A stretch of DNA of 64,000 bases from an uncultured Candidatus Saccharibacteria bacterium (GTDB lineage: Bacteria; Patescibacteriota; UBA1384; CAZZBO01): the NCBI GenBank assembly GCA_964652345.1, contig CAZZBO010000001.1, positions 3,892 through 67,891 on the forward strand. The letters are read 5' to 3'. Made by a program: the position numbers and the translations under genes. The notes beneath the pieces were generated by a model that saw nothing but the letters and a program-made list of their open reading frames with translations, was not told the DNA's origin and searched no databases. This document shows, in pieces, positions 50,662 to 59,573 of the stretch. Each line of letters opens with the position of its first letter. Positions within the stretch are counted from its first letter, which is position 1.

Positions 50662-51168
50662 TTAAAATGGTATATCATCGAGATTTATTACATCTTCATC
50701 GGATGTTGGAAACTCTTCTTTTTTGCTTGATTTTTTTTCTTTTGTTTTTGATTCTTGATTGCTTTCTTTTTGTGTTTTGGCTGTAGAAATAGATTCGTTG
50801 GGATTATTTTTTTCAAAAAAGGATTCCCCTGTGGTATTTTTTGGTGTAAGGGGGATAAAATTTTCTAAAATTATTTCTGTTTTTGATCGTTTAGCTCCGT
50901 CGGGCGCTTCCCAACTTCGAGTTTGTAATCGTCCTTCTATGTAAATTTTGTTTCCTTTTTTAAATATATTAGAGATTATTTCAGCTGTTTTTCCCCAAGC
51001 TGTAATATCATGAAATTGAGTATCCTCTTGTGGATTGCCATCTTTATCATTCCAACGTCTATTTGTGGCTATTCCAAATGAAACCACTGCTTGACCGCTT
51101 GGAATATATTTTAATTCTGGATCTCGTGTTAAATTTCCCAAAAGTTGGACTTTGTTTAAGCTAATCAT
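50662..51168 (-). CDS. ssb: Single-stranded DNA-binding protein
   Basis: LNKVQLLGNLTRDPE, EGRLQTRSW, DDIPF. Confidence 0.97.
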   Translation of the reverse strand: MISLNKVQLLGNLTRDPELKYIPSGQAVVSFGIATNRRWNDKDGNPQEDTQFHDITAWGKTAEIISNIFKKGNKIYIEGRLQTRSWEAPDGAKRSKTEIILENFIPLTPKNTTGESFFEKNNPNESISTAKTQKESNQESKTKEKKSSKKEEFPTSDEDVINLDDIPF

Positions 51169-51169
51169 T

Positions 51170-51757
51170 TTAATCCTTTAAAATCTCATCTAATTTTTTA
51201 TCAAGTTCCGCCAGTCGAGATTTAGTATCTTCGTCTTTAGTTGTTTTTGCGGGTTTTTTGGTAATTTTTTTATCTTTTGTTACTTTTTTTGTTTCTTTTG
51301 ATGTTTCCAAAGTGTCAACTTTAGCTTTCTTATCCTCTGTCGCTTTTGTTTTTGTTTGCGGTTTTGGTGATTTTTTTTCTTCAGAAAGTTTTTTATCTTC
51401 TGTTTTTGTTGGCTTTTCCAAAGTCATTTCTTGTGAGGATTTGTCTTTTTTATCTGTATTAACAGGGGCAATGCTGGTTAAGACCTTTTTGGCAATAATT
51501 AAATGTCGAATTGTAATAGGATTGTCCTGAATCAATTTATTTACTGTTAAAATTACATCAGGAGCTATTTGGAATCTGATTGTGTATATATTTGCAAATT
51601 CTTGTTTTCTTATTTTATAGGCAAGTCTTTTTTTGCCTAAAAATTCTGTTGAAAAAATAATTCCACCACTGTTTATGATAATATTTTCTATTATTTTTTC
51701 AGTATCTTCTTCTGAAGTAAGATATGTAATTTCGAAATTGTTTAATTTTTTATTCAT
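51170..51757 (-). CDS. rpsF: 30S ribosomal protein S6 with a long charged C-terminal extension
   Basis: LGKKRLAYKI and IRHLI motifs; rpsF-ssb-rpsR gene order. Confidence 0.9.
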   Translation of the reverse strand: MNKKLNNFEITYLTSEEDTEKIIENIIINSGGIIFSTEFLGKKRLAYKIRKQEFANIYTIRFQIAPDVILTVNKLIQDNPITIRHLIIAKKVLTSIAPVNTDKKDKSSQEMTLEKPTKTEDKKLSEEKKSPKPQTKTKATEDKKAKVDTLETSKETKKVTKDKKITKKPAKTTKDEDTKSRLAELDKKLDEILKD

Positions 51758-51805
51758 TTCTTGATAAAGTTTATCATATATTCAAACCATTGTCAAAGAG
51801 AGTGG

Positions 51806-52894
51806 CTAAACATTGAACTTAAAAAAACAAACATCCCCGTCTTTAATAATGTAATTTTTACCTTCGGTTCGAACTGCTCCGGATTTTTTCGCAGTCGTCC
51901 ATCCAGAATGTTTAATAAAATCTTCATAGTTGACTACTTCCACGGCAATAAATCCGCGCTCAAAATCTTTGTGAATTTTTCCTGCTGCCGAAGGAGCTGT
52001 TGTGCCCAAGCTAATCGTCCAAGCTTTTGTTTCTTTCTCTCCTGATGTAAAGTAAGTTAAAAGATTAAGCATCTGATAGCTTTGTCGAATCAGGCGATCA
52101 AGACCGGCCTCTTTTAAATTTAATTGTTGTAAATATTCTTGCGCTTCTTTTTTTTCTAAATCTAGCAAATCTTCTTCCAGCTTGGCGCAAAAAGGAACAA
52201 CTGTTAGATTCTCAAAATCTTGCTGATTGATAATTTCGTCGTAAGATTTTTCCATCTGTTTTTCCGATAAATTCGCTGCAATTAACATCGGTTTTAGAGT
52301 AATAAGGGGCAGAGAATTAGCAATATCACGTTCTTTTTGAGACTCAAAATGATCAATTGAAGCTAGCTTGCCCTTAGTTAAAACTGTGTAAATATCTGAC
52401 ATTACCTTTTCTTTGACTAAAGCTTCTTTGTCTTCCTTTTTTAAATCTGTTTCATTGTTTTTTACTAGTTTTTGCAGAGTAGACAAATCGGCTAAGATAA
52501 GCTCGGTTTTTAGAGTTTCAAAATCGTCTTTAGGATCTACTTTGCCACTAGTATGCACAATTTCTTCATCTTCGAAAAAGCGAATAACCAATATTATTGC
52601 TTCGCACTCTCTGATGTGGCTTAAAAATTTGTTGCCAAGTCCCTCGCCTTGACTTGCTCCTTTAACCAATCCTGCAATATCAGTAAATTTTATTACAGCG
52701 GGAATAGTTTTTTGAGATTTTGAAATTTTTGTAAGTCTTTCAAGCCGTTCATCTGGTACTTCTACAATTCCAACATTTGGATCAACTGTAGCAAAAGGAT
52801 AATTTGCAGAAAGCGCTTGACGATTTTTGACTAAAACATTAAATAAAGTTGATTTACCAACATTGGGCAGACCAACTATTCCGATTGATAACAT
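51806..52894 (-). CDS. ychF: Redox-regulated ATPase YchF
   Basis: GLPNVGKST, ANYPFAT, DIAGLV, GEGLGNKFL. Confidence 0.96.
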   Translation of the reverse strand: MLSIGIVGLPNVGKSTLFNVLVKNRQALSANYPFATVDPNVGIVEVPDERLERLTKISKSQKTIPAVIKFTDIAGLVKGASQGEGLGNKFLSHIRECEAIILVIRFFEDEEIVHTSGKVDPKDDFETLKTELILADLSTLQKLVKNNETDLKKEDKEALVKEKVMSDIYTVLTKGKLASIDHFESQKERDIANSLPLITLKPMLIAANLSEKQMEKSYDEIINQQDFENLTVVPFCAKLEEDLLDLEKKEAQEYLQQLNLKEAGLDRLIRQSYQMLNLLTYFTSGEKETKAWTISLGTTAPSAAGKIHKDFERGFIAVEVVNYEDFIKHSGWTTAKKSGAVRTEGKNYIIKDGDVCFFKFNV

Positions 52895-53004
52895 AGTTAA
52901 ATATTATCAGGTTGATTAAGATAATTCAATAATTCTTTTGAGTTAATAATCAGTAGTTTTTGCAAAAACTTGAAATTGAGAGCATTTATTATTACAATAA
53001 TGTC

Positions 53005-54045
53005 ATGCACAATGAGGGAGAAGTTTCGAACTTATCACTGCAAATGCGTGATAAAGAAGGGATTAAAGTTCCTTATCCGGATCTAGTAGCATTATTTGAG
53101 TTGGCAGAACGAAATGGATTATCTGAACAAAATCCAGATAATTATTATTCTAATTATGAAAATACATCTGCAATTCTATTGCCCAAGGAAATGCAAAAAT
53201 TAACCTTGGGCGATCCGGGTCAATATTATTTGGTTTTTTATGAAGATCGTCGAGATGATTCTTATTATAAGGAAAGCATGGGGAGATTTGCCCTTATTTC
53301 TGCAAGAAAAAATAGACCTCAAAGTAACGATCCTTTTCGAGAATTGTGGTATAGTCAAGAAACTAATAAAAATGGCTACGATGAAGCATTTGTTGCAGTA
53401 GCAGAAAGAGTAAATGAGAAATCGGCTCAAAATATAAATTCAGCTGACGATACAACAACAGAAGAGCCATACGGATCACGTAAAATTAAATATAAAATAA
53501 ATCCAGAAGATGGTTCTAGGATTCCAATTGATTTAAGCATATCCCGATTGGATGAAATATTGTTGCCGCTTGATGAAAAGAGATTTGTTACGCGATGGGT
53601 AAGAAATTTGAATATTAGTAAAGACGAGAATCAAGAGCCGGATGCGATTTATTCTGATCATTATATCATAGGTCGTTCTCAGGAGATATTAAAAGAAAGA
53701 CGAGCAGATATTAGTATTAGGGTGAGGGGTAATATAGATAATCCTCGAATGATAAAGGTTGAAATTGGTAGCGGTCCTGAGCAGTCTGCAAGAATTTTGT
53801 TGGAAGACTTAGAAAAAAATATAAAAATAATAATTCATAGTGGAGCAGAAGAAGGGTTTGATCTCTTAAGGCAAGATCCACAATATGGTTTTTTATCAAA
53901 ATCTAATGATCAAATCAGTACAGACGATATTTTATCTTTATTTGAATTTAGAGCAGATCTTTTACGGGAACATTGGAATCAGTCACAGAGTGTATTTGAA
54001 TCATCTGGCTTAGAATCAAACGGTCGGCAATCGTTGCCTGAGTGA
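53005..54045 (+). CDS. Hypothetical acidic soluble protein
   Basis: Long ORF (track 52960-54045), likely ATG at 53005; no recognised motif. Confidence 0.7.
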   Translation: MHNEGEVSNLSLQMRDKEGIKVPYPDLVALFELAERNGLSEQNPDNYYSNYENTSAILLPKEMQKLTLGDPGQYYLVFYEDRRDDSYYKESMGRFALISARKNRPQSNDPFRELWYSQETNKNGYDEAFVAVAERVNEKSAQNINSADDTTTEEPYGSRKIKYKINPEDGSRIPIDLSISRLDEILLPLDEKRFVTRWVRNLNISKDENQEPDAIYSDHYIIGRSQEILKERRADISIRVRGNIDNPRMIKVEIGSGPEQSARILLEDLEKNIKIIIHSGAEEGFDLLRQDPQYGFLSKSNDQISTDDILSLFEFRADLLREHWNQSQSVFESSGLESNGRQSLPE

Positions 54046-54052
54046 AAAATTA

Positions 54053-55009
54053 TTATAAAGATGTGTTGGTTTGTGTATCTTTATCTTTTATATTATGAAA
54101 TTTTTGATGGATTTGTTTAAGTCTTGGGTTGGTAACATGAGTATATATTTGAGTAGTGGAGATAGAGCTATGTCCTAACATTTCTTGCACAGAGCGTAAA
54201 TCTGCTCCATTTTCAAGTAGATCTGTGGCAAAAGAGTGTCGTATTGAATGAGGTGAAATTGGCTTTGTAATTCCAGCTTGACGACTGTATTTTTTTACCA
54301 TACGTTCGATGGATCTGGGAGTAAGGGGTTTAATTTCAAGTTTGTTTTTTAAAAGTGGATTTTTGGCTCTCCCAAAAGCTATAAAAAGGGCTTCGTGATG
54401 ATCGTGACGCATTTGCAAATATTGTTCTAAAGATTTTTTTGCTTCTTTCGAAATAAATACAATTCTAATTTTTCCTCCTTTACCGGAGATGGCAAACTCG
54501 CCTTTTTGTAAATTTAGGTCTTTAATTTTTAAACTGCTAAGTTCTCCCACACGCATTCCTGTGGAAAATAAAAGTTCTAAAATGGCTTTGTCTCTTATAC
54601 CCAGAAGCTCGGATTTGTCCGGGGCATCAAGTAGCTTTTTCATTTCGTCAATTTGTAAAAAATTTATATGTCTTTGAGGAGAATCAGCTAGCTCAATTCT
54701 ATTTGGTCCAATTACTTGAATCCCCCTATTAGATAAATATTTAAATAAACTCCTTAAGGCGATTAAATAATAGTTTTGAGTTTTGTGTGATAACTCTTCA
54801 CCTTTGGGATTTATTCTGCGAGCTAAAAATAAACGGTATTGCCGTAATTGGTCATAAGTAATTTCTTCAATATTCTCAAGCTCATTTTTATGAACCCAAG
54901 CGCTAAAAAAATCCAAATAATATTGATAATTTCTAACCGTGTGCTGTGAATGGCCACGTTCTATTTCGCAGTATTCTAAAAATTGTCTGATTCCATCATT
55001 GATTAGCAT
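54053..55009 (-). CDS. XerC/XerD-type tyrosine recombinase
   Basis: SAM-like N-domain; GMRVGEL, GKGGK.R, HSIRHSFAT, LGHSS..TTQIYTHV. Confidence 0.92.
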   Translation of the reverse strand: MLINDGIRQFLEYCEIERGHSQHTVRNYQYYLDFFSAWVHKNELENIEEITYDQLRQYRLFLARRINPKGEELSHKTQNYYLIALRSLFKYLSNRGIQVIGPNRIELADSPQRHINFLQIDEMKKLLDAPDKSELLGIRDKAILELLFSTGMRVGELSSLKIKDLNLQKGEFAISGKGGKIRIVFISKEAKKSLEQYLQMRHDHHEALFIAFGRAKNPLLKNKLEIKPLTPRSIERMVKKYSRQAGITKPISPHSIRHSFATDLLENGADLRSVQEMLGHSSISTTQIYTHVTNPRLKQIHQKFHNIKDKDTQTNTSL

Positions 55010-55073
55010 AATAATATTTTACGACGCAAACAAAAAAAAAGCCAGTAATAATACAGTATAGTCCTTTATATAT

Positions 55074-56336
55074 TTATGAGATTTTTTGTTTTATCGCGCG
55101 ATCAATGTTGATTTTACGGGGCATTTTTAATAACAATATTACTGCAATTATCATTCCAAAAAGACCCATAATTGAAAATGCATTAAACTCTCCATATTTG
55201 TTTGCTAAGAAACCGGCTAAGATGGGTCCGACAACATAACCTAAATTTGCGCAAAAATCTTCCAACGACGCAATTTCAGAGACATAATTATCTGTTTCAT
55301 CTAGATAATCGGCATAAGCTCCGTTAATAGAAGGAACCGAAACCGATAGAGCGGAAGAAGCAAAAAATACAGTCAAAAGAACAAAAATAAAATTTTCATT
55401 GAGAAATAACAAGGATATAATCAAACTGCCAATAAAAAATGATAAAATAGCAGTTTTTTTCTTGCCATATTTATATGTAAAAGATCCCACGAACCAACCT
55501 AGAATCAATATTGGAAATTGATAAATTACGAGGACGAGACCTCCGAAATGACCGAATGTGTTATACTTTTCACCGATAAAGGGACCGATTGTCCAAAAGA
55601 ATGAGTCAAAAATATTAAGACATAGAGTAAGAATAAGTACGGGGAAAAGGATGGTTGACACTTCCTTTAAGGAATGAAAATCTAGTAAAAGATTTTTCTT
55701 TGCTTCTGATTCGGATTCTGTGTTTTGCCAACTTGTATCTCGTTTTGTAGTGAATAAAAGTACAACATAAAAGAAAATTGCAAATAATACAAAAATCCAA
55801 GACAATAAAAAGGGTTGCCAACCGATAATTTCTCCGATTGTCAAACCTGCCAACAGGGGGGCAAGAAGATACCCTAAGGATATGAACGCTTGATTTACCC
55901 CAAAGCTTGAGGATCGTTCATGACCCTTTGTTCGTCGCGCCATAAAATCAAAACGAGCAATATTTTTTATGTCATAATATAGCCCCCATAAAATCATTGC
56001 GATAATATAAAGTGTAAAATTGTTTGCTTTGAACAATATTAATGGATATATTGAACAAATAAGGAGCAAATATAAAAAGAGTCGTCGGTAGTGTTTTTTA
56101 GCTAAAAAACGACAGATAGTTAAGTCAAAAAAAGCTCCAGCTACAGATGAAGTGCCGATAATAATTCCCATTTGAGTCTTAGAAAAACCATTTTGAGTGA
56201 TTATAAGGGGAGTAATATAAGAAATTATTCCATCAAAAATTCCCCAAAATAAAAGCATAAACGATAAAGCGTAAAGTGCTTTGTGGTTTAGACCGTATCG
56301 TTTGATATGTATTGTTATATGATGAAGCGAAGGCAT
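55074..56336 (-). CDS. MFS transporter
   Basis: ~12 TM helices; GYLLAPLLAG and GYVVGPILAG repeats; likely start at MPSL. Confidence 0.85.
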   Translation of the reverse strand: MPSLHHITIHIKRYGLNHKALYALSFMLLFWGIFDGIISYITPLIITQNGFSKTQMGIIIGTSSVAGAFFDLTICRFLAKKHYRRLFLYLLLICSIYPLILFKANNFTLYIIAMILWGLYYDIKNIARFDFMARRTKGHERSSSFGVNQAFISLGYLLAPLLAGLTIGEIIGWQPFLLSWIFVLFAIFFYVVLLFTTKRDTSWQNTESESEAKKNLLLDFHSLKEVSTILFPVLILTLCLNIFDSFFWTIGPFIGEKYNTFGHFGGLVLVIYQFPILILGWFVGSFTYKYGKKKTAILSFFIGSLIISLLFLNENFIFVLLTVFFASSALSVSVPSINGAYADYLDETDNYVSEIASLEDFCANLGYVVGPILAGFLANKYGEFNAFSIMGLFGMIIAVILLLKMPRKINIDRAIKQKIS

Positions 56337-56420
56337 AGTTATATTTAAGATACTAGAAAAGATTATAGATTGTAAACACCGTATATTGGCAAAATAAAAT
56401 ATTTTCGATATGGTAAAAAT

Positions 56421-57026
56421 ATGAACACAATGCAATCTTTTGATAAATCTCTTTTAGAGAGTATGAATAGTTTTGTCCAAATAAATCCATTATTAACTAA
56501 AGCAACAATTATGTTGGCAGAATATCTAGTTTACTTCATACCTTTTTTATTTATTATTTGGTGGTTCTTTCCAAGTTTTGTGGAAAAATATAAAGACAAT
56601 AAAATCATCAAACAAGACTTGCTATTTTTGATCATCATCGGCATTTTTAATTGGCAAATAATAAGTAGATTAGTTGCTCTTGTATGGGAAAGACCCAGAC
56701 CGTTTGCAGGATTGATAGGCGCAAAAGAGTTGATTTTTCATCGTCCAACATATTCTTTTCCGTCAGACCATGCTTTGCTTTTGTTTACCTTATGTTTTGG
56801 ATTCTGGTTTTTAGGATATAGAAAAATCGGATGGTATTTGCTTGGGGTTGCTTTTATAGTTTCTATAAGTCGTATTGCTGTGGCAGTGCATTGGCCTACA
56901 GATATTATTGCCGGAATTTTGATTGCATATATCACAACATCTATTGCTTATTTAAATAAAAAATATATTGAAAAAATTATTATTCGACCTTTGTATTGGT
57001 TGGCTAGACAAATAAAATTAACATGA
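56421..57026 (+). CDS. PAP2-family phosphatase (undecaprenyl-PP phosphatase-like)
   Basis: RPRP, SFPSDH, SRI..AVHWPTD. Confidence 0.9.
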   Translation: MNTMQSFDKSLLESMNSFVQINPLLTKATIMLAEYLVYFIPFLFIIWWFFPSFVEKYKDNKIIKQDLLFLIIIGIFNWQIISRLVALVWERPRPFAGLIGAKELIFHRPTYSFPSDHALLLFTLCFGFWFLGYRKIGWYLLGVAFIVSISRIAVAVHWPTDIIAGILIAYITTSIAYLNKKYIEKIIIRPLYWLARQIKLT

Positions 57027-57625
57027 AAAAAATAAAACCAGATTTAGCCTATTGGATTTCGACAATTTTTTCACCTCCAATTGTTGCATCCGTATTGATT
57101 TTAGCTTATGCATCGATCATCTCTATGAGCAAAACCGATTTTTGGCTTTGGGGAGGCATGACGATTTTTTGGATTGTGGGCTTGCCCGGTATTTTAGTTG
57201 TATGGGGCAATATTGCGGGAAAATATGACAGTTTTCATTTGAACAAAAGACAGGATCGTTTTTGGCCATTTTTTTTAGCAATCGTAGGGACTGCCATAGC
57301 TCTTTGGATTTTGATGAATTCTAACGCGCCATTTCAATTTATAATTTTAATTATTAGCGCGTTTATCAATTTAATAGTGTTTACGATTATCACTTTGTGC
57401 TGGAAAATTTCTGTGCATATGGCAGTACTAACCTCTGCCTGTATTTCAGCTATTTATCTTTTTGGTTGGATTGCGGTAATTGTATTACCGGTTATTCCTC
57501 TTGTTATGTGGGCAAGAATTCAAAGAAAAAAACATACGCCCCTGCAAACTATAGGGGGCGTATGTATTGCTGTTACTGTGACAATGATAGTATTTTATTT
57601 TTTTGATTTTTCACCTAAGTTTTGA
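57023..57625 (+). CDS. PAP2-superfamily membrane protein
   Basis: WKISVH and WAR....HT..Q...G motifs. Confidence 0.7.
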   Translation: MKKIKPDLAYWISTIFSPPIVASVLILAYASIISMSKTDFWLWGGMTIFWIVGLPGILVVWGNIAGKYDSFHLNKRQDRFWPFFLAIVGTAIALWILMNSNAPFQFIILIISAFINLIVFTIITLCWKISVHMAVLTSACISAIYLFGWIAVIVLPVIPLVMWARIQRKKHTPLQTIGGVCIAVTVTMIVFYFFDFSPKF

Positions 57626-58852
57626 CTAAATTTGCATATCTGTAATCGAATCTGAAGCTTTGTCTGTGGATTTTTGATTTGAGCCAGAAGGAAACTTAGG
57701 GGGGGCTATTGGTAAATCAGAAGCAGAGCTTACCGAAGTATTAGTTGTATTGATTGGAGCTTGAGATGCTGACGGTGTGGAAGCTGGTGTTGTGGTGCTT
57801 GACGTTGGTGTAGAAGTCGTAATAGGTGAGACACTTGTAGGGGTCGCTTGAGGAACTACTGGTGGAGTAGTAGGAGTAGCGCTTTGATTTATAGGTAATG
57901 AGCTTGGAGGAGTAGATGAAACGGGCTGTGGATTGGAATTTGAAGAATTAACATTTGAAGCTTGAAGGGTTGGTTCTGCAGGATTTGGCATTGTCGAGGG
58001 GCTAGTGTTTGCGGATATCGTTGAAGAAAGAGGCGCTAAGGAAGCTTGATCTATGTTAGGGGCTGTTTGGGCAGTTTGTGTGGTTGGTATATTAGAGTTG
58101 GGATTTGCCATTGACGGCTTTGCATTATTGAGATCTATCAAGCGAGTACCATTGGATGCACTCGGGACGGAGCTTGTATTCATAGTTGAGTTGCCATCGT
58201 ATTGAGCGGGTGATTTACTATCAGCTGGGTCAGATGTGGATAAAGTTGAATCAATATTTTCATCGATTGTTTTAGGTGGGGTAGTTATTCCCATAGTTGA
58301 AAGCACGCTTGAGTTTTTAGCTGGCGGGACCGGAGTAAGCGGTGAAATATTTGAAGTATTTGTAGCCATAGGGGCGCTATTTTGTTTTAGGTCGACAGGT
58401 TTATTTAAAGGTTGATACATTGAATTTGAGTTTAAAGTATTTGATCCTTGGGCGGGAGGAATGGAAATCGGGGCAAATGGAGCATTTTTTGTGCTTGATT
58501 GTGATTTGTCAAAAAATTGTTGGTTGCTTGATTTTAATTCATTTAAAGATTTCAGTGGGGGAATGGGTTTTTTTGTTTGATTGATTGGCTTAATAGAAGG
58601 GGTAATCGGCTTAACTTGTGAATTCGGAATATTAAATGGTTTTTGGCTTTTTGACCCGGAGATTTCTTCTTTTGAAGATTGGGACTTGGTAAGTTCTATT
58701 AAATAATCTACGTCCAAGAGGGCTACTACAGGTTTGTCCTCTTTTGTGAAAATATAAAAATCCTTGCCATGTGTTTTGGCAATTAGTTCATGCGCTTTTT
58801 TTTCTAACTCTTCTAACGCAAAAATCTTATCTATAGGAACACTAATCATCAC
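57626..58852 (-). CDS. Phd/YefM-like N-terminal domain fused to a long Pro/Ser/Thr/Asn-rich tail
   Basis: GGAGG upstream; IFTKEDKPVVALLDVDYL motif; ~350 aa of low complexity. Confidence 0.6.
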   Translation of the reverse strand: MMISVPIDKIFALEELEKKAHELIAKTHGKDFYIFTKEDKPVVALLDVDYLIELTKSQSSKEEISGSKSQKPFNIPNSQVKPITPSIKPINQTKKPIPPLKSLNELKSSNQQFFDKSQSSTKNAPFAPISIPPAQGSNTLNSNSMYQPLNKPVDLKQNSAPMATNTSNISPLTPVPPAKNSSVLSTMGITTPPKTIDENIDSTLSTSDPADSKSPAQYDGNSTMNTSSVPSASNGTRLIDLNNAKPSMANPNSNIPTTQTAQTAPNIDQASLAPLSSTISANTSPSTMPNPAEPTLQASNVNSSNSNPQPVSSTPPSSLPINQSATPTTPPVVPQATPTSVSPITTSTPTSSTTTPASTPSASQAPINTTNTSVSSASDLPIAPPKFPSGSNQKSTDKASDSITDMQI

Positions 58853-58968
58853 ACCCCTCCTCTTTGTTATTTATAGCATATAAAAGAAAAATCAATGTGT
58901 CAAATCTTTGTCTGCCTGTTTTTCTATTGATAGATATGTAAATTTTAAGTTATATTTTACTTTTAAAA

Positions 58969-59010
58969 TTATTACACTTTGCTACGCCTAGGCGTAGCAA
59001 AGTGTAATAA
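58969..59010. repeat. Perfect 42-bp palindrome
   Basis: TTATTACACTTTGCTACGCCT|AGGCGTAGCAAAGTGTAATAA. Confidence 0.95.
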
Positions 59011-59070
59011 AATGGTTTTGTATACTTGTTATTAAATTATACAAAAGAGCACCCATCAAAGATCACACTA

Positions 59071-59099
59071 TTGACAAATATGAAATCTTGATATAAAAT
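59071..59099 (+). promoter_or_regulatory. Sigma70-type promoter
   Basis: TTGACA-N17-TAAAAT upstream of the ORF at 59114. Confidence 0.6.
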
Positions 59100-59113
59100 A
59101 TTTCATTGAAAGG

Positions 59114-59440
59114 ATGTCACGAGATGATACAGCTGGGATAATCTGGTTGGAGATAGCTCGTGATGAAATTTTTTTAATGAAAGCAGGATGCTTCATTTGT
59201 TCTTTTGTGTTTCTTTGGCTCTCAGTGATGAGCCAAAGAAACCCTGCCAAGCTCATACATATGAGCTTGGGTGAAATGATTGCGCAATCGATAATGATAT
59301 TCGGTTGTGCATTCATATCGCTTGTTTTTTTTATTATCGGAATATTTTATAGTCAGATATTCCGAAAAAGAAGCAATCGCCAAGTGCGTGATTGCTATCA
59401 TCGGCTCTGGGATGAGTTCGATGACATAAATCGTAGATAG
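59114..59440 (+). CDS. Small hypothetical two-TM membrane protein
   Basis: ORF with its own promoter and terminator. Confidence 0.5.
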   Translation: MSRDDTAGIIWLEIARDEIFLMKAGCFICSFVFLWLSVMSQRNPAKLIHMSLGEMIAQSIMIFGCAFISLVFFIIGIFYSQIFRKRSNRQVRDCYHRLWDEFDDINRR

Positions 59441-59448
59441 TTTTTCCC

Positions 59449-59482
59449 CCGCGCAGGTTCAAACTTGCGCGGTTTTTCTTTT
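59449..59482 (+). terminator. Rho-independent terminator
   Basis: CCGCGCAGGTT..AACTTGCGCGG followed by a T-tract. Confidence 0.7.
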
Positions 59483-59573
59483 TTGTCAATTTTCCATATC
59501 GTCCATGATTTAATCAATTCTTTTCCGAACAAATTTCTTGCTTATGATATTTATCTTTGATAGGATATAAGAT

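Noticed and set aside
54053-55009. Tyrosine recombinase as the integron integrase for the attC-like sites
   Set aside because: It lacks the IntI-specific insertion (LEQYL runs straight to ALF), looks like a chromosomal Xer, and lies ~52 kb away among core genes.
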